A DNA stretch of 22,215 bases from positions 1 through 22,215 of the forward strand of contig DASXQR010000205.1 in assembly GCA_036507075.1 (NCBI GenBank). Direction: 5' to 3'. Both the position numbers and the translations under genes were made by a program. The notes beneath the pieces were generated by a model. The model did not search any database and was not told where the DNA came from. It saw only the letters and a program-made list of their open reading frames with translations. Of the stretch, positions 1 through 7,714 are shown piece after piece; position 1 is the first letter of the stretch, and each line of letters starts with the position of its first letter. The DNA comes from Acidobacteriota bacterium. Its GTDB lineage: Bacteria; Acidobacteriota; UBA6911; JACQSX01.

Positions 1-132
1 AGCCTCCGTTTCGGCTGGAGGATGGATCGATCGAGAGATGAATTTCAAATCGATAACAAACATTTTTGGACCGAAACTCATGTTAGTTAATAGCTTAAGA
101 GATTTTCGTAAAACCTTAACCGGACAGTAGTG
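1..132 (-). mobile_element. Probable end of an IS4-family (ISPepr1/DUF4372-type) insertion sequence, truncated by the window edge
   Basis: 116-132 TTAACCGGACAGTAGTG (CACTACTGTCCGGTTAA on the minus strand) resembles the terminal inverted repeat I recall for this IS4 subgroup. The interior is AT-rich, and a minus-strand GGAGG at 3-7 could be the RBS of a transposase starting just outside the window. No transposase codons are visible, so the family call is by recall only. Confidence 0.5.
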
Positions 133-166
133 ACAACGGACAACTGACCACTGACAACGGACAACG
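133..166. repeat. Heptamer tandem repeat (ACAACGG/ACAACTG/ACCACTG), about 5 units
   Basis: ACAACGG ACAACTG ACCACTG ACAACGG ACAACG read directly; the same family occurs at 15663-15840. Confidence 0.9.
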
Positions 167-167
167 T

Positions 168-1886
168 TCAATCTTTCCGTTCGCGCAGCACCAGCACTTG
201 ATTCACGGGCAGGTTCCGCAACTGCTGGCGGATGCCACTGGGCCATTGGATCTCAACCAAATCGATGCGGGCCGCCGTCCCCACGCCGAAATGCAGCCTC
301 AAATCGTTTTGTGAAAGGTAGCTGCCGCCACTGCGCACTTCGTCGATCTGCGAACGGCCATTCGCGGTAAGCCGGACGCGCGCCCCGATGGCGCTGCGAT
401 TCGAACGAACGCCTGCCAGCTTGAGGATTACCCAGTTGTTGCGGGGGCCGCCCGAGCGCCGGAGCAATCCGGGTGGTTCGTTTTGATGGTTCACCAGCAC
501 TTCCAGACTACCGTCATTGTCTATATCGCCAAAGGCGGCGCCCCGGGAAGAATGACGCTCCTGCAGCCCGGGGCCTGCCGTTTCCGAAACATCTGAAAAT
601 TTCCCTTCACCCAGATTGCGATAAAGGATCAACCGATCCCGGGAGCGAACGTCAATGTTCAAGCGATCCACTTCCGGATAAACATGCCCGCTGACCAGCA
701 ACAAATCCTTCCAACCATCGTTGTCGAAGTCGAAAAACCCGCAGCCCCAACCGACAAAACGGGTGTTGTGGGCCATTCCGGCAGGCGCGGTTACGTCGTC
801 GAAATTGCCATCGCCGCGATTGCGATACAGCGTCTCCCGCTCGTCGGAAAAATTACTGCGAAAAATATCAAGCCATCCATTTCCATCGTAGTCTCCTGCG
901 GCCGCGCCCATCCCGGACAGCGCCTTCCCATTTTCATCCAGACTCGCGCCGCGAAGAAGTGCCTCGTCCCTGAATCTTCCGCCGCCCTGATTGATGTAAA
1001 GAATCGAAGGGGTTCGATCGCATGCGACGTAAATGTCCGGCCGGTCGTCGTTGTTGAAATCGCCTGCCAAAACGCCGAGCGAATAGTTCTGTCCCGGCTG
1101 TGATACACCGGAAGATTCAGAGACCTCGGTAAAAGTTCCATCTCTGTTATTGTGATAAAGAACATTCCGATCAAACGGAAACCCTCGGGGACCGCAATTA
1201 ACGGGGAGATTGCGGTACCAGCAGTACGGGTTCTCTCCCGGCTTAGGCGCGGAGCCGAGATCAAACTTCAGGTAATTTGCGACAAACAAGTCCAGATGCC
1301 CGTCGCCGTCGTAATCCAGAAATGCGGAGCCGGTACCGTAGCGGGCGCCGTCCTGCTTCAATCGCGCTGTTGCGGTCACATCCCGAAAATGTCGGCCGTT
1401 GACATTTCGATAGAGAACGTTGGTTCCCCAGTACGTGACGAATAAGTCCACGAAGCCGTCATTGTCATAATCGCCCGCACACACTCCCTGGCCCCAGCCG
1501 CTCCGCGCCAGCCCGGCTCTCACCGTTACATCTTCAAAATGTCCTCTTCCATCGTTGTGGTAAAGACGATTTGTGGCGGCGTCATTTCGCCCTGCAACGC
1601 CTCTGCCGGCAGAAAAATCGGGCTCCACACCGGAAACCACAAAGACGTCAAGGAAGCCGTCGTTGTCGAAGTCAATAAATGCCGCGCCGCTTCCGGTGGT
1701 TTCAATGATGTATTTCTTCGATCCAATGCCGCCGTTGGGGAAGGAACTTGTGAGACCCGCATCGGCGGCAACATTGCGAAACTCGGAGTGCTGTAGCAGC
1801 GGGAAAACACTGCCGAATAACCACCAAGGCGCCAAGGCGCCACAAATAGGAAACAGCAGTTTCGCGCCGGCAGATAATATCTTCAT
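168..1886 (-). CDS. CRTAC1-family protein (FG-GAP/VCBS repeats + C-terminal ASPIC/UnbV domain), probably exported
   Basis: Repeated DxDxDGxxD loops (DFDNDGFLD, DYDNDGFVD, DYDGDGHLD, DFDNDGWKD); C-terminal SNRSAIGARV...GGSYLSQNDLRLHFG...IQWPSG ASPIC/UnbV signature; hydrophobic N-terminus. Confidence 0.93.
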   Translation of the reverse strand: MKILSAGAKLLFPICGALAPWWLFGSVFPLLQHSEFRNVAADAGLTSSFPNGGIGSKKYIIETTGSGAAFIDFDNDGFLDVFVVSGVEPDFSAGRGVAGRNDAATNRLYHNDGRGHFEDVTVRAGLARSGWGQGVCAGDYDNDGFVDLFVTYWGTNVLYRNVNGRHFRDVTATARLKQDGARYGTGSAFLDYDGDGHLDLFVANYLKFDLGSAPKPGENPYCWYRNLPVNCGPRGFPFDRNVLYHNNRDGTFTEVSESSGVSQPGQNYSLGVLAGDFNNDDRPDIYVACDRTPSILYINQGGGRFRDEALLRGASLDENGKALSGMGAAAGDYDGNGWLDIFRSNFSDERETLYRNRGDGNFDDVTAPAGMAHNTRFVGWGCGFFDFDNDGWKDLLLVSGHVYPEVDRLNIDVRSRDRLILYRNLGEGKFSDVSETAGPGLQERHSSRGAAFGDIDNDGSLEVLVNHQNEPPGLLRRSGGPRNNWVILKLAGVRSNRSAIGARVRLTANGRSQIDEVRSGGSYLSQNDLRLHFGVGTAARIDLVEIQWPSGIRQQLRNLPVNQVLVLRERKD

Positions 1887-1897
1887 CCGGCTTCAGT

Positions 1898-3160
1898 TTA
1901 TTGTTGGGGAGGCCGTTCACCGAGTTTTTTCAAAAAATCAGTGAACTCGCCTTCAGGCGGGCGCTGCAGCTTTTCCAGCTCATTTTTTTCTCGAAGCGCT
2001 TTGTCACTGTCACCTGCATTGCGGTAGGCAATCATCAGGTTGTAATGCGCAGCTTCGCTTTTTGGCGCCAGCCGGACGGCGCGCTCCAGCAGTTGAATTG
2101 CATCGCTGTACAGTTTTGAGTCCAATCTGAGCTTACCGAGCGCAACCAGGGCTTCGGTGAATTCGGGACTGAGCGCCAGTGTGCGTTCGAAGCGGGTCGC
2201 TGCCTCGGCGGGCTTTTGCTGAGCAATCAGAATCTGGCCTATTTGATACTCCGCAACCGCATCACTGGGGTTGAGTGCCAGCTCTATTTCGAACTGATTG
2301 GCTGCTTCCGCGAGCGCTTCGGGCGCATGAGACTGCAACAGAAGCGCGCGCCCCAGGCGGTAATGCAGGTTCAAGCCGGCAGGATTCTTTTCGATTGCTT
2401 TGCGATACTCGGACGCTGCTTCGCCGTACCTCCCCTGAATTTCGAAGATTTCCGCCGAAAGCTGGTTGACTCGAAATGAAGCGGGGGTTTTCTGGAACAT
2501 CTGAAAGACGGCTTCATTCCACGCCTTCATATGAAGGCGTGCCTTCAGATACAGCACGTCCGCATCTGCGGGATAGAGCGCACCCAGGCGCCCGATAAGA
2601 GAGAAGGCTTCAGTCACTCGATTATGAGATAGATGACACTGGACTAGCGCGATTCCAGCCAGGCGCCGCAGGTCGGAGTTCGAGTTTTCATTGAGCTGGG
2701 CCTCCAGATCCCTGCTCGCAATCTCGCATTTACCGGTGGCGGCGCGCGACAAAGCGAGAAAAGTGCGCGCGTTCGGATCGTCCCCTTTCTCCAGAACTCC
2801 TTCCAGCGTCGACTGCGCCGCGCCATACTGGCCACGGTGAAATTGAAGGATGCCTTTGAGCAACGATAATTCCGGATCCCTGGCGAGAGCTCTTTCGGCC
2901 GCAGCATAGTCGCCGCGCTTGATTGCGGCTGTGGCGTCCTCAACAGGACTCTGTCCTGCAACCAGGCCGGAATGGAGCAGCAACACAGCAACAAAGCATA
3001 AAAACGAGTAGCGAGTTTGCGAGTTGGCGAGTTGGCGGGTTGCGAGTTGACGGGTTGCGAGTTGACGGGTTGCGAGTTGGCGGGTTGCCAGTTGCCAGGT
3101 TGCGAGTTGCGCGTTACGAGTTTCGAGGGCGGGAGTTTTTGGCTCAGAGTCACACTTCAT
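1898..3160 (-). CDS. Exported tetratricopeptide repeat protein; start re-assigned to ATG 3160 (420 aa)
   Basis: Multiple TPR units (e.g. GEAASEYRKAIEKNP, AEAATRFERTLALSP, SDAIQLLERAVRLAP). Signal-like FLCFVAVLLLHSGLVAG/Q. AGGGA lies upstream of ATG 3160. The ORF-track extension to 3406 runs through a repeat array and overlaps the upstream gene. Confidence 0.85.
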   Translation of the reverse strand: MKCDSEPKTPALETRNAQLATWQLATRQLATRQLATRQLATRQLANSQTRYSFLCFVAVLLLHSGLVAGQSPVEDATAAIKRGDYAAAERALARDPELSLLKGILQFHRGQYGAAQSTLEGVLEKGDDPNARTFLALSRAATGKCEIASRDLEAQLNENSNSDLRRLAGIALVQCHLSHNRVTEAFSLIGRLGALYPADADVLYLKARLHMKAWNEAVFQMFQKTPASFRVNQLSAEIFEIQGRYGEAASEYRKAIEKNPAGLNLHYRLGRALLLQSHAPEALAEAANQFEIELALNPSDAVAEYQIGQILIAQQKPAEAATRFERTLALSPEFTEALVALGKLRLDSKLYSDAIQLLERAVRLAPKSEAAHYNLMIAYRNAGDSDKALREKNELEKLQRPPEGEFTDFLKKLGERPPQQ

Positions 3161-3343
3161 TCGCTTGTCCCTGTCAACACTCGAAACCAACCTCGTTACT
3201 CGCAACCCGTAACCCGTAAACTCGTAACCCGCAAACTCGTAACCCGCAAACTCGCAACCCGCAAACTCGTAACCCGCAAACTCGTAACCCGCAAAACCCC
3301 CAATCCCCAAACCCGCAAACTCGCAACCCGCAAACTCGTAACT
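3011..3343. repeat. Pair of oppositely oriented 15-bp (7+8) tandem arrays: (GCGAGTTGRCGGGTT)n at 3011-3127 and (AAACTCGYAACCCGC)n at 3180-3343
   Basis: Units read directly. The inner ends GTTTCGAG (3120-3127) and CTCGAAAC (3180-3187) are exact reverse complements around a 52-nt spacer. Confidence 0.92.
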
Positions 3344-3794
3344 AATGACTGGCATCGTCAAGGACCAGATCCAGGCCTCCGAATCGATGACGCTGCCGGC
3401 CGTCAAAATAACGGAAGCTGATCAAGGGTGGAATCCCCGGAGCAATTTGACCCGGCGGCAAAACACGATCCGCCACAGGCGTCGCCGCCTCAAGAACCCG
3501 GCCGGACTCCGCCACCGCCCGGAGCAGCCTAACAATTGCCGATTCGGTTTCGGACTGCAGATCACGCCTTTGAGTTTGCCGCTCACCCTCAATCCGGGCA
3601 GCGGCCGCTTCGCCGGGCGAAACGGAAACCGGTCGCTGGTTTTTTACCTCACCAGGGATTGGAAAACCAACGCCGGAGGCGGAGTTTCCCTCTCCGCCTG
3701 CCAGGGAGGGTATCAGTAGTAGAGCAAGAACAGCCGCCGGCAGCAGATACCGGACCATCGATCGCGGAGACCGAACCACGAACAAACTGATCAT
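3342..3794 (-). CDS. Hypothetical secreted protein (150 aa)
   Basis: ATGA overlap with the stop of the upstream large gene (3791-3794) suggests translational coupling; signal-peptide-like RYLLPAAVLALLLIPSLA. No recognisable domain. Confidence 0.6.
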   Translation of the reverse strand: MISLFVVRSPRSMVRYLLPAAVLALLLIPSLAGGEGNSASGVGFPIPGEVKNQRPVSVSPGEAAAARIEGERQTQRRDLQSETESAIVRLLRAVAESGRVLEAATPVADRVLPPGQIAPGIPPLISFRYFDGRQRHRFGGLDLVLDDASH

Positions 3795-6700
3795 CGATCA
3801 CCCATTTCTTCCAGCGCCTTGAGGGCCACGGGGCTGTTCGGCTTTCTTAACAACAGGTCGTGCAGAACAGCTCGGGCCCGTTCGCGATTTCCCATTCTAA
3901 TATAGAGGCGAGCCAAATTGAGATACGCGTTTTCGGCGTCCGGCGCCACGCGGATGCCGTACTGCAGCGCTGCCACAGCATCGTCTAACCGCCCCTCCTG
4001 CGAGTACAGCACGGCCAGATTATTGATGGCGCCCGCATGGTCCCTTTTAGACGCAATTGCCTGTTGGAACAGACTTCGTGCTTCGTCAAATCGATTCTGG
4101 CGAGCCACCAACAGTCCGAGTTGGTTGGCTGCGTCGGGATCTCCGGAATCAACCTGCAGCGCGCGACGAAACATTTTTTCCGCCGCGTTCCAGTCGCCTA
4201 ACTTTGTAAGAGCCTGGCCGGCGTTGACCAGAGCGTAGGCGAGATCGGGATTCAGTTTCAGGGCTTTCTGGTAATTCTCAAGCGCCGCCCGATAATTCTC
4301 AGCCGCCATTTCCACGCCGCCAAGATTGTTCCAAACCTCGGGAGAATTCCCGTTCAACCTCAGCGCCCGATTCAGGTGATGGCGGGCTTCCTCCGGGCGT
4401 CCCGCTTCCAGATGAATCTGCCCAACCGCCAGCAGTGCTTTGAAATTCGACGGATCCTGGCGCAAGACTTCATCCAGATACTGCAAGGCCTGTTCCGGAT
4501 AGCCCGCCGAAAAGAACGCCGCCCCCAACTGGAAGTACTTGCGGTGCGGACGGCGGTAGTATCGGCCTGCGAATGGAAGCGATCTGCCCTGTCGCTCCGC
4601 GTCTGATTGCGGGCGCGTCAAAATATTCAGATCCTCACGCAGAACCGAAATATCGGGCAGGTTCGGGTAAATCTTATGCGCGCGGCTGCGCTCGTCGATC
4701 AGCAATAGCAGCGGCAATGTCAGGCCGGTCCGCCAGTCGAACAGGTAACGTCGAAGCAGCGCGTACCACGCCGCTACGTCAGGACCCTCCTTCTTGAGAT
4801 TGACGATTTGAAACGGGAGCCCGGCCGAAGCAGCAGGGCTCTCCTGTGCCGTGAGCAGCAAAAAAGCGGGACCGCTCCGCTTTTCCGGCAGCGGAACCGG
4901 TTCCATCAGCCAGGTTGGAAACAGATCGGGTGCATTTTCCCCCAGCACCCCGTCCGGCACGGTTGTGAGCGCGGCAGAATCCCTGGCCGCCGCGCGTTTC
5001 GCGAACGGCGTGCTCTTGACCTGGTTCACGCCTTCCTTGATTTCATGCCGGAAACCGGCTGCCAAATTGCGGAATTCCTGCTTCAAGCCCGATGGCCATT
5101 GAACGAGCACTCGGGAAGCGGCGGTCTGTTGCCTCAATCCAAAGTAGAGCACTTTTGTATGTTGCGAAAGATAGCCGGACCCTGCCTGCACCGACTTGAT
5201 TATCCGGCGCATACGCCGCGGCGGCGCCGAACCCGCTATTACAGAGACCTCGTTTTGTCCGCCGACTCGGGACCCGGAACTCGAAACCCGCAACACGGAA
5301 CCCGTAACAGTGTCCACGTCGTCCCCGGCGGAACTGTTTTTCCCATCAGTCGTGGTCTCCACTTCCACGCGCGCTCCGATCCCGTCTCGATTTGATTTGG
5401 TTCCTACCAGCTTTAGCGCAAGGGAGTTGCGGCTCGTACCACACTGATTCCGAAAGACACGCACCTGGGGACCAAGCCGGCTCTTCAAAAACAGATCGAG
5501 ATTGCCGTCGCCGTCAAAATCCGTGGCGGCGAAGGCCCGGCTGTCTTCAGCCACATCGAGGCCCGAGATTCCCGACAAATCAAAATATCGGCCGCCGCTC
5601 CGGCGGTAATAGACATTTGTCTCGCGGCCGTTCCAACTGTAATCCCCGCGTATGAGCTGGTTGAGCGCGTTCCAGCCGTTTTCATATGCTGTCGACGGCG
5701 CGGCGGTAACGGGCGTACGTGACACGACCTGGCGCCAGAAAAAACTCTCTAAATCGTTTTCCGATGGATGTGTGATCATTCCGCACGTGACATAAACTTC
5801 ACAGGAGCCGTCGTTGTCAAAGTCCAGCGCATCGGCACACCAGGCCCAGCGTCCCATTTCCAGGCCTTCGCGCGCTCCGGCTTCTTCAAATGTACCGTCG
5901 CCCCGATTGCGATAGAGTGAGTTACCCTTCGAATGGCGGATATATGCCGCTTTCAGCGCCGCGTCGGCGCCGGGTTTGAATTCCTTTTGGCGTACGACAC
6001 GCTGCCCCGCGGCACTCCACATATTGCTCACGTAAAGATCAAGCGTGCCGTCATTGTCGTAGTCGAACCAGGCAGCGCTCATTCCGGGACCGATATCTTC
6101 GACACCGCCCGCTGCAGCCACATCACGGAAGCGGCCCTTTTCATTTTTATAAAGATTATTGCGTCCAAAATCGTTGGCCACGTAAAGATCGGGCCAGCCG
6201 TCTCCATCGTAATCGCTCCAGGCGGGCGCAAAGCTGTAGCGGTCATTGTTCTGATCCAGGCCGACGCTGCCGGTAACGTCTCTAAAGACGCCGCCTCCCG
6301 CAGGGTCCAACTCATTTCGAAACAGAAAATTCGGGGGACCGTTGCGCGCATCGTGATAGGGCACCGGATAGTGATACTGGTCCTCGCTTTGAAAATAAAC
6401 GTAGCTGCAAAGATAAAGATCGACGCGGCCATCGCGGTCAAAATCTGCCGCGCTCATGCCGGTAAATGTTCCCTGCGGAGCACGGGCAAACTGGAAGGCG
6501 TCGGGCCGGTGTTGGAACGTCCCGTCGCCTTGATTGAGAAAGAGCAGCGGACTGTGGGCGCACAGCACCACTAAATCCTGACGGCCGCTGTTTCGAAGAT
6601 CGAGGAAGAGGGCGCAGGAGGTATCGTCCAGAATTCCCAGGCCGGTGCGCTCGGTGATATCGATGATGCGACCGTGCTCTCCCACCTTGTACATAAGGTT

Positions 6701-7486
6701 GGGCAGCCCGCCCGGCTGGCAGATGTAAATTTCATCCCGGCCGTCATCGTCAATATCGCCCACGGCTATGCCGTTGTTGCCGTAGACATCGATGCCGCTC
6801 GCCGAATCCAAACGAGCGCGCCAGTACGGAATACCGCGCCGGAGCTGATTATGGAACGAATCCAGCCCGCCCATCGCCTGCGCTGTCACGTCCGCGAAAA
6901 GCGGGCCGGGAGATGTCACCAGTGTTTCCTGCAACGGTTCGAAGTCGGCTAATCGGCCGCCAAGCCAGGTCTGCTTCCAATACCCCACCCGATACTGAAG
7001 TTCACCCTTCCTTTGGCTTGAAACTTCGAAGCGCACCGTTGCGTCGGCGCGCGAAGAATCAGATTTGATCTCCGTAACAAAGAATCGCGCGCTGCGAACT
7101 TGCCCCAGCTCGGCCAGCCAGCGGGACAGTCCCGCATCAAATCGCCTGTCTGTCAAGTCATAGACTGCCTTTCGGACTCCGCCGGCCAGATTGTCGTAGC
7201 GGCTCGCATGCGGTGAGATTCCCTTGAAGCCGGGCGCGGTCGGAACTGTACCGAGCCTGGGAAGTTGCCTGAGATGCCCGGTGATTTCCGCCGCCTGCTT
7301 TTCGGCGCCAAATTCATCGCTGCCAGCTTCTACATAGGGAATCAGGGACTCGTAAGGACTGGGTTTGCGGAAGCGAACCGGAAAGGGGATGCGCTGGAAA
7401 ACGGGCGCCCCGGCCGCGTACTGCGGTTTCATGCCAAGCAGCGACGCGCCTAAAATAGTAGCACCCAGAAATTTCCGACGATTCAT
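3791..7486 (-). CDS. Large Tat-signal multidomain protein: FG-GAP/CRTAC1-like repeats + ASPIC/UnbV + possible degenerate thioredoxin-like linker + C-terminal TPR array; start ATG 7486 (TTG 7492 possible)
   Basis: MNRRKFLG twin-arginine motif; DIDDDGRDE, DFDRDGRVD, DYDGDGWPD, DYDNDGTLD and DFDGDGNLD loops; SNRDGIGARV...GSGYLSQ...LYFGL...VQWPSG; about 7 TPRs at the C-terminus. Confidence 0.92.
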   Translation of the reverse strand: MNRRKFLGATILGASLLGMKPQYAAGAPVFQRIPFPVRFRKPSPYESLIPYVEAGSDEFGAEKQAAEITGHLRQLPRLGTVPTAPGFKGISPHASRYDNLAGGVRKAVYDLTDRRFDAGLSRWLAELGQVRSARFFVTEIKSDSSRADATVRFEVSSQRKGELQYRVGYWKQTWLGGRLADFEPLQETLVTSPGPLFADVTAQAMGGLDSFHNQLRRGIPYWRARLDSASGIDVYGNNGIAVGDIDDDGRDEIYICQPGGLPNLMYKVGEHGRIIDITERTGLGILDDTSCALFLDLRNSGRQDLVVLCAHSPLLFLNQGDGTFQHRPDAFQFARAPQGTFTGMSAADFDRDGRVDLYLCSYVYFQSEDQYHYPVPYHDARNGPPNFLFRNELDPAGGGVFRDVTGSVGLDQNNDRYSFAPAWSDYDGDGWPDLYVANDFGRNNLYKNEKGRFRDVAAAGGVEDIGPGMSAAWFDYDNDGTLDLYVSNMWSAAGQRVVRQKEFKPGADAALKAAYIRHSKGNSLYRNRGDGTFEEAGAREGLEMGRWAWCADALDFDNDGSCEVYVTCGMITHPSENDLESFFWRQVVSRTPVTAAPSTAYENGWNALNQLIRGDYSWNGRETNVYYRRSGGRYFDLSGISGLDVAEDSRAFAATDFDGDGNLDLFLKSRLGPQVRVFRNQCGTSRNSLALKLVGTKSNRDGIGARVEVETTTDGKNSSAGDDVDTVTGSVLRVSSSGSRVGGQNEVSVIAGSAPPRRMRRIIKSVQAGSGYLSQHTKVLYFGLRQQTAASRVLVQWPSGLKQEFRNLAAGFRHEIKEGVNQVKSTPFAKRAAARDSAALTTVPDGVLGENAPDLFPTWLMEPVPLPEKRSGPAFLLLTAQESPAASAGLPFQIVNLKKEGPDVAAWYALLRRYLFDWRTGLTLPLLLLIDERSRAHKIYPNLPDISVLREDLNILTRPQSDAERQGRSLPFAGRYYRRPHRKYFQLGAAFFSAGYPEQALQYLDEVLRQDPSNFKALLAVGQIHLEAGRPEEARHHLNRALRLNGNSPEVWNNLGGVEMAAENYRAALENYQKALKLNPDLAYALVNAGQALTKLGDWNAAEKMFRRALQVDSGDPDAANQLGLLVARQNRFDEARSLFQQAIASKRDHAGAINNLAVLYSQEGRLDDAVAALQYGIRVAPDAENAYLNLARLYIRMGNRERARAVLHDLLLRKPNSPVALKALEEMGDR
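5264..5308. repeat. Intragenic heptamer tract (6 units) inside the large gene
   Basis: GACTCGG GACCCGG AACTCGA AACCCGC AACACGG AACCCGT AAC; same AACYCGN family as 3180-3343. Confidence 0.75.
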
Positions 7487-7517
7487 TTCCAAATTCCAAG
7501 AATCCGAGTAAGAATTC

Positions 7518-7670
7518 TTTCACCACAAAGACATAAAGAACACAAAGTCAGACGAGGGGCTGGCAGAGTCCGGTCAGGTCTCAAGGTGAACAGTGACAGA
7601 GTAATCTGAGGTGACCGGACTCTGCCAGTCCCTCGTCCCGCTTTGTGTTCTTTGTGTCTTTGTGGTGAAA
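7518..7670. repeat. Long palindromic intergenic element (9-bp-period CACCACAAAG outer arms + nested 26-bp inner stem)
   Basis: TTTCACCACAAAGACATAAAGAACACAAAG pairs with CTTTGTGTTCTTTGTGTCTTTGTGGTGAAA (1 mismatch). GACGAGGGGCTGGCAGAGTCCGGTCA pairs with TGACCGGACTCTGCCAGTCCCTCGTC (1 mismatch, G-U compatible on the plus strand). Confidence 0.95.
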
Positions 7671-7714
7671 AATTCATACGCGAATTTACGCAGTTAGGTA
7701 GTGTTGTCCGTAAA

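Noticed and set aside
3011..3343. CRISPR array
   Set aside because: The units are contiguous 7-15-bp repeats without unique spacers, and there are no cas genes. The same applies to the other tracts.
3161..3406. N-terminal extension of the TPR ORF with (GYEFA)n repeats, and the antisense ORFs with (GCELT)n/(RKLVT)n
   Set aside because: These are translations of the 15-bp DNA arrays, which lack stops in several frames. The extension overlaps the upstream gene and would bury the signal peptide over 130 residues deep.
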